Below, one piece after another: positions 8,522 through 16,432 of a stretch of DNA of 28,663 nt. A model generated the notes under the pieces. The model had not been told where the DNA came from. It saw only the letters and a list, made by a program, of their open reading frames with translations, and searched no databases. This DNA comes from Myxococcales bacterium (GTDB lineage: Bacteria; Myxococcota_A; UBA9042): positions 1 through 28,663 of the forward strand of contig JBBISH010000087.1 in NCBI GenBank assembly GCA_037441385.1, written 5' to 3'. Within the stretch, counting starts at the first letter, position 1, and every line of letters begins with the position of its first letter. A program made the translations under genes and the position numbers.

Positions 8522-9946
8522 ATGTCGCAAGAAATCTACAATAAGCTCCTTGCCGATTCCCCGTTGCCGCCACCGCCACCGCCGCTGCCGCCGCGGTCGG
8601 CCAAGCCCAAGTCGAGTGGCCTGCTGACGCGCCTGCTGGTCATTGCCGCCATGATGCTCGCGCTGCTGATCCCGCTGCAGATGATCGACGGGCTAGTCCG
8701 CGAGCGCCAGGCGCAGAGCCGGTCGGTGGTCCAAGAGATCGCCGAGAGTGCCAGCGGCGCGCAGCGACTGCGCGGCCCGTTGCTGGTGGTGCCCTACCGC
8801 GAGCGCAAAGTCGTCACCGAAGAGGTGGTGGTGCAGCAAGACGGCAAAGCCAACACGGTGGTGCGCAGCAAAGAGTTGTTCGAGGACCACGAACGCATTT
8901 TGCAGCCGGCCACTTTGCAGGTCGCGGGCGCGGTCAGGACCGACACGTTGTACCGCGGCCTGTACCAAGCGCTCACTTTTACCTCGCAGACCAAGATCAG
9001 CGGCACGTTCGACTTGGAGATCGCTGACTTGGCACGCGATCCCAGCGTCACCATTGGCGAAGTCCGCCTGGCGGTGGGGGTGGCCGACGTGCGCGGTATC
9101 CGCAACACGCCGCGGCTGCGCTGGCAGAGCACCGAGGTCGAATTCCTGCCCGAAACCGGCGTGTCCAAACTGGGGCAGGGCATCCACGCGCCGATCGCAC
9201 TGGCCAAGCTGGGGACCAGCGGCAGCGCGGCATTTACCTTGGAACTGGAACTCTTTGGCACCGAGGCGCTCTCGTTCAGCCCGGTAGGCAAGGACACCCG
9301 CGTGCAGGTCCAGGCCAACTGGCCGCACCCGTCGTTCTTTGGCCGGGCGTTGCCCAGCCACCGCGAGGTGCGCGACACGGGCTTTTCCGCAGACTGGCAC
9401 AGCACTTGGCTCAACGCCGGCGGGGGCCGCGTGACCAAGGACGCCAGCGACGACGAGCAGGAATTCGGCGTGCGCTTCATCCAGCCGGTCGACCAGTACC
9501 TGCAGACCGACCGGGCGATGAAGTACGCGATCTTGTTCGTGGTCCTGACCTTTGCCGGCTTCTTCTTGTTCGAAGTGCTGCGGCGCCTGCGCGTGCACCC
9601 CATGCAGTATGGCTTGGTGGGCGCGGCGCTGGCGATGTTCTACCTGCTGCTGGTGGCTCTGTCCGAACACTTGGAATTCGCCGTGGCCTACGCCATCGCC
9701 GGGGCCGCTTGCGTAGGACTCATCGGCTTTTACGTGGCTCACGTGCTGCAGCACTGGCTGCGCGGCCTTGGCTTTGCCGGCCTGCTGGGCCTGCTGTACG
9801 GTACGCTGTACGCGTTGCTGCAGTCCGAGGACAACGCCCTGCTGCTGGGCGCGGGCCTGCTGTTTGCCGCCTTGGCCGCGGTGATGGTCCTAACGCGGCG
9901 GCTCGACTGGTACAACCTGGCGACGCCGGCCACCGAAGGGCCGTGA
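8522..9946 (+). CDS. creD: Inner-membrane protein CreD
   Basis: LLIPL...LVRER, WPHPSF, DRAMKYAILF, HPMQYGLVG, LLLVALSEH, LLQSEDNALL and TRRLDWY. GGAG RBS before ATG 8522. Confidence 0.95.
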   Translation: MSQEIYNKLLADSPLPPPPPPLPPRSAKPKSSGLLTRLLVIAAMMLALLIPLQMIDGLVRERQAQSRSVVQEIAESASGAQRLRGPLLVVPYRERKVVTEEVVVQQDGKANTVVRSKELFEDHERILQPATLQVAGAVRTDTLYRGLYQALTFTSQTKISGTFDLEIADLARDPSVTIGEVRLAVGVADVRGIRNTPRLRWQSTEVEFLPETGVSKLGQGIHAPIALAKLGTSGSAAFTLELELFGTEALSFSPVGKDTRVQVQANWPHPSFFGRALPSHREVRDTGFSADWHSTWLNAGGGRVTKDASDDEQEFGVRFIQPVDQYLQTDRAMKYAILFVVLTFAGFFLFEVLRRLRVHPMQYGLVGAALAMFYLLLVALSEHLEFAVAYAIAGAACVGLIGFYVAHVLQHWLRGLGFAGLLGLLYGTLYALLQSEDNALLLGAGLLFAALAAVMVLTRRLDWYNLATPATEGP

Positions 9947-12154
9947 TCACGCGGCAATCGGTCGACCAAAGTGGGTGCGCGTCTGGATGCCCGCCGCCTT
10001 GAGCAGCCCGGTCGGCAGCGTGCCGCCGATCGAAACGAGAACATCGTCGGCCTGGAACTCGGCGCCATCCTTCAGCTTGACCCGGCTCGCTTGGATCTCG
10101 CTCAGGCCCGTGTTCAGGTGCAGCGTGATGCGTCCGTCGGCCACCTGGGCTTCGAGCAACTCGCGGTTGCGCGCCTTGGCGCGATCGAACACGTCGCGGC
10201 GGTGAATCACGTGCACTGCCTTGGCCCCAGCTGCGGCGCAGGCCAGGGCGGCCTCCAGCGCCGAGTCGCCGCCGCCCACGACGCACACGTGGCGATCGCG
10301 CATCTGATCCGGATCTTGCAGGTTGTAGCTGACGTGGGGCAGCTCTTCGCCCGGCACCCCCGCGCGCATCGGCGTGCCGCGCCGGCCCAGGCACAACAGC
10401 ACCCGCCGCGCCCGCCACTGCTGGCCCTTGGCCGTGACCACAAAGCCGCTACCGCTGGCATCGGCCTCTAGGGACTCGACCGCCACGCCAAACTGGATGT
10501 TGGGCTTGTGTGTGGCCTTCAGCTGCGCGAAGAATTCGACCAGCTCCTCTTTGAACACGTTGAAGAAGCGGGCGTTTCCGTGCAGCGGCATGTGCATGGG
10601 CGCCGTCATCACCAGCTTGCGCCGGGGGTAGTGGCGCACCGCACCGCCGATGTCCGGTTCCTGCTCGACCGTCAGGTAGTTGAGCCCCAGTTCCTGCGCC
10701 GCCAGCGAGGCCGCCAGTCCGGCCGGCCCGGCGCCGACGATCAGCAAATCCAGCATCCCCGCCGGTAGCGAACCGCGCTCGCGCTCGTGGTCGCGGTGGA
10801 TGAAGCCCACGGCCTGGGTCGCCTGTTCCACGGCGTTGCGCACCAGGCCCATGCCCGTAAGCTCGCCCGCCAAGAAGATGCCGGGGGTCGACGCCTCGTA
10901 ATTGGGCGCCACGTCGGGGATATCCACGCCGCGCTTGAGCGTGCCGAACACGAGCGAAATGGCGCCTACCGGGCAGTTGGCGGCGCAGGCGCCGTGGCCG
11001 ATGCAGTGGCTGGGCTCGGCGAGTTGGCCGCGACCCTCGACCAGCGCCAGGATGTCGCCCTCGGGACACGACGCCACGCAAGCCGCGCTGGCCATGCACT
11101 TGTTGGGATCCACCCAGGGGTGCAGCGTCGGCGGCGGCTCGGGCGGCGGACCTACGTTCTTGATCTTGGCGGCGGCCTTGCCGCGCCGGTACAAGCGCCG
11201 CCAGCGCCCCTCCCAGCCACCAAACCCCACCAGGGCCAGCAAAAATCCCACACCCCATGCCCAAGTCGGCCCCGGCAAGTCCCAGGGGTAGCCGTGGGCA
11301 AAGGCACTGCGAATATGCAAGAAGGCCGTCGCCACCATCACCAGCGCGGCCAGCAGGTGGATCAAACGCCAACGCCGCAGCAGGGCCGAGGCCGCCGCCG
11401 CCAGCGCCAATTCCTGGCCGGTGCGCAGCAATTCGATCGCCAGCCGCCGCACCGCTTGGCGCTGCTCCCCATGCAAATCGGCCGCCTCGCGCTGCAGCCA
11501 GCGCGCCACCCACAGCGGTCCCAGCAGGCGCCGCGCCGGGCCCAACAGCAGATGCACGAAGCCGCGGCGGGCGCTGGCCCTGCTTTCGATGCGGGTGCGG
11601 GCGGCCAAGCTCTCCAACGCGTCGCGGCCTTCGGGCCACAGTTCGCGCAGCTCGACCAACAACGCCGAGCCGCGGCCCCGCAGCCCGTCCGGATCCTCTT
11701 GGCCAAAGGCCGTGTGCGGCACCAGGGCGTAGATGTAGCGGCCGATCACGCCCGTGGCCAACAGAGCAATCACCGCCAGCGCCGACCAGCGCGCCGCCTC
11801 GCTGGTCATGTGGAAGTTGGCGTGGAGCAGCAACAGGCCGCCGCCCAGCAGGCCAAAGAACACGTGCGCACTCATCCAGTGGCGCAGGTGGCCCCATTTG
11901 TGCCACGACCGCAGGCGCCGACGCAGTCCGTAGGCCAGGTTGGCCAAGAACATCGCGACCGCGAGCGTGCCGAGCCCGCGGCCGACGGGTCCAGCCGATC
12001 GCCACCGGTCGTACCACGGGTGGTCCAGCTGGGCATCGCCGACGATCTCGTAGAAGTCGCGGGCGTATTGGTAGACCATGCCGATCACCAGCGCCACCAG
12101 CGCCAACAGCAGCAAATCGATGGTGGTCTGGCGCAAACGCCGCGGCGGGGCCAT
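9947..12154 (-). CDS. Fused ferric-reductase-like (di-heme b) membrane domain + ferredoxin-like domain + FAD/NAD(P)H oxidoreductase
   Basis: About 6 TM helices with two H-x13-H pairs. Fe-S motifs CMASAACVASCP and CIGHGACAANCP. Flavin domain motifs GAGPAG, VGGGDSA and HRR. Confidence 0.85.
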   Translation of the reverse strand: MAPPRRLRQTTIDLLLLALVALVIGMVYQYARDFYEIVGDAQLDHPWYDRWRSAGPVGRGLGTLAVAMFLANLAYGLRRRLRSWHKWGHLRHWMSAHVFFGLLGGGLLLLHANFHMTSEAARWSALAVIALLATGVIGRYIYALVPHTAFGQEDPDGLRGRGSALLVELRELWPEGRDALESLAARTRIESRASARRGFVHLLLGPARRLLGPLWVARWLQREAADLHGEQRQAVRRLAIELLRTGQELALAAAASALLRRWRLIHLLAALVMVATAFLHIRSAFAHGYPWDLPGPTWAWGVGFLLALVGFGGWEGRWRRLYRRGKAAAKIKNVGPPPEPPPTLHPWVDPNKCMASAACVASCPEGDILALVEGRGQLAEPSHCIGHGACAANCPVGAISLVFGTLKRGVDIPDVAPNYEASTPGIFLAGELTGMGLVRNAVEQATQAVGFIHRDHERERGSLPAGMLDLLIVGAGPAGLAASLAAQELGLNYLTVEQEPDIGGAVRHYPRRKLVMTAPMHMPLHGNARFFNVFKEELVEFFAQLKATHKPNIQFGVAVESLEADASGSGFVVTAKGQQWRARRVLLCLGRRGTPMRAGVPGEELPHVSYNLQDPDQMRDRHVCVVGGGDSALEAALACAAAGAKAVHVIHRRDVFDRAKARNRELLEAQVADGRITLHLNTGLSEIQASRVKLKDGAEFQADDVLVSIGGTLPTGLLKAAGIQTRTHFGRPIAA

Positions 12155-12169
12155 GGCAAGCCTCTGGAG

Positions 12170-13861
12170 TTAGAGTCGGTACGTCAGGGTGGCGGTGGCG
12201 TCGAGCCAATTGCTCTTTGCCGGCACGTCGGTCCACAGCGTCTGCCGTCCACCGACGGACATGCCGATGATCCACGGATGGCGGCCCCAGTCCATACCGG
12301 CGCGCACATCCAGCGCTTCGGCGCTGCTGCTGCTCGTCTCGACCCGGTCATGCGACCAGCGCAGCCGCGCGTGCCAGCGCCAACGCGGCCCCGGCGACCA
12401 ATCCGCGCCGGCCGACAGCGAGCCGCCCGACAAGTACGGCCCCGTCTGCACCACCGCGACGAGCTGACCGTTCCAGTTCGGCCCCGGCCAGTTCGGTCGC
12501 AGCGCTTGCAGCGTGCCGCCAAACCGCCAGCTTTCCCAGGGATCCTCCGACGCGGTCAAGCTGCTCCAGAGAGCGGTCGAGGTCTGCCAACCGCGCCAAC
12601 TGGGCAGATCCAGCCAGGCCGACAGCGAGTGGCTGGTCGCGGTGCTCCAGCCCTGGTTGGGCAGCACCCAGGCCAATTCGCGCGTGAGTTCGCTGCGCAA
12701 GAAGGTGTAGCGCAGGCGCGGGCGCCAGTCGCCCAACCAAGTTGGGGCGTAGTCGACCACAGCGCGCACGGGGCGCCACCCGGCCTTGGCCGGCCCTTGA
12801 TCGGCCCACGCCGTGCCGCTCAGGTCCGCTTGGCCCGCTGCCCAGCCAAAGTCCCCTTGCAGCAGACCCAAGCGCGGGTGTTCGGCCCGCCATAGCAGCG
12901 CCCCCAGCTGGCGATCCCAGCCGCCGGCCACCTTGCCGGTCGACCAGTCGGCGCCCACCACGCTCTGCCAGCCGGCCACGGTGCCGCGCAGTCGTGCCGC
13001 GCCGCCCACCCGCCACGCATCCTGGCGGAAGCCGGTGCTGACGATCGACGGCAACAGCCCGCCAAACCCAGTGATTTCCAGCTGCGGCAGCGGCCGCACC
13101 AGCAGTGTCGCTCCATCCACGGTGGCCGAGCCCGCGCCCTCGGGCACCCACACCCGGCCCAGCGCCGCGCCCCAGGCCCGAACTGCGTTGGGGTCCACGG
13201 ACAATTGGGCCTGCCGCACCTGCATTGCCCGGCGCTCGCTCGCACCGGGCTGGGCCAGCCACTGCTCCACCCAGATCGCCGCGTCGTGGCGCCACGACAG
13301 CGGAGAGCCGCCAATGCCCTGCCACTGCACGTTGTTGCCGATGCGGAGCAGGGCCCATTGCTCGCCTTGGCCGCCGCGCACGCCCGCCGCCACCACCGTC
13401 ACTTGGCCGTCCAGCCGCCGATCGGGATCCTGGCCGCGCGGGCGCGGGTCGTCGATCCACGGCGTCTGCTTGCGCGACCAGGCTTCCCACTGCTCGGCCA
13501 GGGCCCGCTCGCGCGCCGCTTCCTGGGCATCCTTGGCCGGTGCCACCTTCCATGGCTCTCGCGGCGGCGCCTCCATTTGCGGACCGCTGCGGGGAACGGA
13601 GACCTTCTGATGCAGCTTGGCACCCGAGGCCAGGTCGGACTGGAGCCGGGCGTGCTGGCCCACCACTTCCACGACCTGCAGCGGCCGACCCTTGGGCACC
13701 AGCGCCAGTTGCGCCCCTTTGCTCAGCTGCTCGCCGGGCTCCAAGCGCACGAACACTTCGCGGCCAGCCGCCGCCACGCCCACCACTTCGGCCGCGGCCG
13801 CCGCGCGCGCCAGGCCTGCACCGGCCGCAATCAGAAGCACCAAGCTGCGCAAGTTCGCCAT
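12170..13861 (-). CDS. Probable outer-membrane beta-barrel (porin-like) protein
   Basis: ATG 13861 lies 2 nt after the upstream stop. Signal peptide, small N-terminal beta-rich domain, then Trp/Gly-rich amphipathic strands ending ATATLTYRL. The 5' extension in the ORF track overlaps the cytochrome gene. Confidence 0.7.
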   Translation of the reverse strand: MANLRSLVLLIAAGAGLARAAAAAEVVGVAAAGREVFVRLEPGEQLSKGAQLALVPKGRPLQVVEVVGQHARLQSDLASGAKLHQKVSVPRSGPQMEAPPREPWKVAPAKDAQEAARERALAEQWEAWSRKQTPWIDDPRPRGQDPDRRLDGQVTVVAAGVRGGQGEQWALLRIGNNVQWQGIGGSPLSWRHDAAIWVEQWLAQPGASERRAMQVRQAQLSVDPNAVRAWGAALGRVWVPEGAGSATVDGATLLVRPLPQLEITGFGGLLPSIVSTGFRQDAWRVGGAARLRGTVAGWQSVVGADWSTGKVAGGWDRQLGALLWRAEHPRLGLLQGDFGWAAGQADLSGTAWADQGPAKAGWRPVRAVVDYAPTWLGDWRPRLRYTFLRSELTRELAWVLPNQGWSTATSHSLSAWLDLPSWRGWQTSTALWSSLTASEDPWESWRFGGTLQALRPNWPGPNWNGQLVAVVQTGPYLSGGSLSAGADWSPGPRWRWHARLRWSHDRVETSSSSAEALDVRAGMDWGRHPWIIGMSVGGRQTLWTDVPAKSNWLDATATLTYRL

Positions 13862-13863
13862 CG

Positions 13864-15414
13864 TCAATCCGCGTAGCCGTAGGGGTGGCAACTGACGCAA
13901 GCCGTACTGGAGTAGACGTAGCCGCTCACTTCGCCGGCGTGCTTGCTGTTGGTCTTGCTCGCCGTGTGGCAGCCGCCGCTGATGCACGAATAGGCGGCGA
14001 AATTAGCCGGGTTCGTGTGGCACTTGTTGCAGGCCAGGGCGTGCTTGCCACTGGTGATCGGAAATTTGTGCGCCGGATAGCCCGCCGGGCTCCACGCCAC
14101 GGTCGAGTGACACGTCTGGCAAGTAGTTGGCAACCCTAGCGATTTGTGATTGGGGTTGGTGGTGGCGTTGTAGTCGGGCTGGTGGCAGCCGCTGCACACC
14201 TTGGGCGGTTTGACGCCGGGGGTGGTGTGGCACGACTCGCACGGCGCGGTGGCGTGCTTGTCCGTCAGCGGGAAGTAGTTGTTGTGGTCAAATCCGCTAG
14301 CTGGCTTCCAGCCTGCCGTGGTGTGGCACGTGTCGCAACTGGTCGGGAAGCCGACTTTGCTGTGGTTCGGGTTGGTGGTGCCTTGGTACGCCGGTAGGTG
14401 GCAACCGCTGCATATCTTGGTGGGTTTGTCGCCCGGGGTCTGATGGCAACCTCCGCAAGCCGCGGTCTTGTGCTTGCCGGTCAACGGGAAGAACTTGTCG
14501 TGATCGACGTTGGTCGCCGGTTGCCAAGCGCTCGTGCTGTGGCAGGTCTCGCAAGTCTGCGGGATCCCTACGGCGGCATGGTTCGGGCTGGTGGTGGCCT
14601 GGTAGTTCTTCAGGTGGCACGCGCTGCATACCTTGGCCGGCTTCATCCACGGATCCGAGTGGCAGTTCTCGCACGCCGTCGCCAGGTGCTTGCCCGTCAG
14701 CGGATAGGCCAGGTCGTGGTTGAAGCCCGGCGCCGGCTGCCAGCCCAGGGTGTTGTGACACTTGCTGCAATCTGTTGAAAATCCTACATTTTTGTGAGTA
14801 GGCTTGCTCGTCGCGTCGTAGTTGCCCTGATGGCAGCCGCTGCACACCTTGGGGGGCTGGTCGCCCGCCGTCTTGTGGCAGGCGTCGCATGCCAAGCCTT
14901 TGTGCTTGCCGGTCAGCGGATAAAAAAGGTCGTGATCGATACCCACGGCGGGCTTCCAGGCCTGCGTGTTGTGGCAGTTCTGGCAGGTTTTGGGGGTGTT
15001 CTGCTGCACATGGTTGGGCTGCTGGGCGTTCTGGTAGTCCTTCAAGTGGCAGTTTACGCAAGCTGAATCGAGCGTGACCGAAAAGTCGCCGTGGCATTGC
15101 GCGCAGGTTGGCCCCACGTGCTTGCCCGTCAGCGGCCAAATTTCTTGGTGATCAAAGCCAGTGGCTGGCTGCCAAGCTTTGTTGCTGTGGCACGTTCCGC
15201 ACTTGAGCCCGAATTCCAGCACCTTGTGTGGTGGTTTGGCCGAATTCTGGTACTCGTGCAGATGGCAGCCGTAGCAGGTCTGCCCCGCGACGGTCGCCGT
15301 GGTCGTGCTTTGCGAACTGGCCGACTGGCAGCCGCCCGCCAGAGCGAGCAGAGCCGCGATCCCCAGCGCCGCCGCTAGTCGGCGCCAGCTAATGGTGCTT
15401 GCCGTGACAGTCAT
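13864..15414 (-). CDS. Multiheme cytochrome c lipoprotein (19 CxxCH + 1 CxxxxCH)
   Basis: Lipobox-like LLALAGG-C. Heme motifs counted by hand, arranged in 72-aa tri-heme repeats with PLTGKH. Confidence 0.93.
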   Translation of the reverse strand: MTVTASTISWRRLAAALGIAALLALAGGCQSASSQSTTTATVAGQTCYGCHLHEYQNSAKPPHKVLEFGLKCGTCHSNKAWQPATGFDHQEIWPLTGKHVGPTCAQCHGDFSVTLDSACVNCHLKDYQNAQQPNHVQQNTPKTCQNCHNTQAWKPAVGIDHDLFYPLTGKHKGLACDACHKTAGDQPPKVCSGCHQGNYDATSKPTHKNVGFSTDCSKCHNTLGWQPAPGFNHDLAYPLTGKHLATACENCHSDPWMKPAKVCSACHLKNYQATTSPNHAAVGIPQTCETCHSTSAWQPATNVDHDKFFPLTGKHKTAACGGCHQTPGDKPTKICSGCHLPAYQGTTNPNHSKVGFPTSCDTCHTTAGWKPASGFDHNNYFPLTDKHATAPCESCHTTPGVKPPKVCSGCHQPDYNATTNPNHKSLGLPTTCQTCHSTVAWSPAGYPAHKFPITSGKHALACNKCHTNPANFAAYSCISGGCHTASKTNSKHAGEVSGYVYSSTACVSCHPYGYAD

Positions 15415-16432
15415 AGCATGCCCCCGAATTCCAAGAGTAGTTGCCAATCCCGCCGTGCTCCTTTGCCATCGCCGCTTGGTTGTGCTCGTGGCAGCTCGTG
15501 CAGATCAACGTGTTGCGGTCATAGCCCCCGCCGTGGCAGGCGGCACAACCCAGGCCCGCGTGCCCCCCTGAGCTGATGCGGTAGTAGCTGTCGTGCCAGG
15601 TGGCCTTGAGCACATGCCAGCCCAGCGCTGTATGACAGTTGTCGCATGTGGTCGAAAAGTTCATTTGCTTGTGATCGGGATGCGCCGTCGCGGCCAGCGC
15701 GCCATGGCAGCCCACGCAGGCGCCGCTCTTGCCCTTGTACTGGCCGCTGGCATGGCAGGTGTCGCAGCTCAGCTGGCCGTGCTTGCCGTCCAGCGGCCAC
15801 CAGACCGCGTGGTTGACGCGCGCCGGGCTCCAGGCAAACGTGCCGTGGCAGGTCTGGCAGCCTGGGCCAAAGCCCGTCATGCGGTGATCGGGCTTCTTCA
15901 CCGCCAGCGCCAGGTTCTGGTGGCAGTCGCCGCACACCGTGGGAGTGCCCCGGTAGACCGTGCCGCCCAGCCGCGTGTGGCAGGCGCGGCAGTCGGTGGC
16001 GGTGTGGGCGCCCGTGAGCGGGAAGCGCGAGGTCTCGTGCGAGGGTAGGCTGCGCGGGGCAAGCCAGTTGGTGGCCGAGTGGCAGTTGGCGCAGTTTTCG
16101 CCGAGTTCGCCGCGGTGCGGGTCGCGATGGCATTGCTCGCAGGTCTTGGGGACTTTGGCCTGGCTGCGCTCGGCCGGGCGGTGGCAGCCGCTGCACGGGG
16201 CGCGCGCATGGGCTCCAGTCAGCGGGTTGCCGGTCTTGGCGTGATCAAAGGCCACGTTGTCGCTGAGCCGCGACCAGCCCGCGGTCTGGTGACACGGCGC
16301 GCAAGACCATGGATCTGTGGCTGTTTCTGCAGGCTTTGCCGCAGGTGCGGCCGTCTGCCGCGGGGCAGCTACGGCAAGGCCAACCCACACGACGGCCGCC
16401 GCCAACGAACCCGCCAAGGTGCGTACGGTCAT
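15389..16432 (-). CDS. Periplasmic multiheme cytochrome c (13 CxxCH)
   Basis: Start MTVRTLAG overlaps the upstream stop (ATGA). Signal peptide, 13 CxxCH and PLxGxH repeats. Confidence 0.93.
   Translation of the reverse strand: MTVRTLAGSLAAAVVWVGLAVAAPRQTAAPAAKPAETATDPWSCAPCHQTAGWSRLSDNVAFDHAKTGNPLTGAHARAPCSGCHRPAERSQAKVPKTCEQCHRDPHRGELGENCANCHSATNWLAPRSLPSHETSRFPLTGAHTATDCRACHTRLGGTVYRGTPTVCGDCHQNLALAVKKPDHRMTGFGPGCQTCHGTFAWSPARVNHAVWWPLDGKHGQLSCDTCHASGQYKGKSGACVGCHGALAATAHPDHKQMNFSTTCDNCHTALGWHVLKATWHDSYYRISSGGHAGLGCAACHGGGYDRNTLICTSCHEHNQAAMAKEHGGIGNYSWNSGACYDCHGKHH

Noticed and set aside
10787..12895. 702-aa plus-strand ORF and other long overlapping ORFs (e.g. 26006-28312 minus, 22042-23496 plus)
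   Set aside because: They are antisense or off-frame to genes with clear motifs and are expected at this GC content.
13864..15414. 216-bp periodicity as a CRISPR or mobile repeat
   Set aside because: Fully explained by in-frame tri-heme protein repeats with synonymous divergence.
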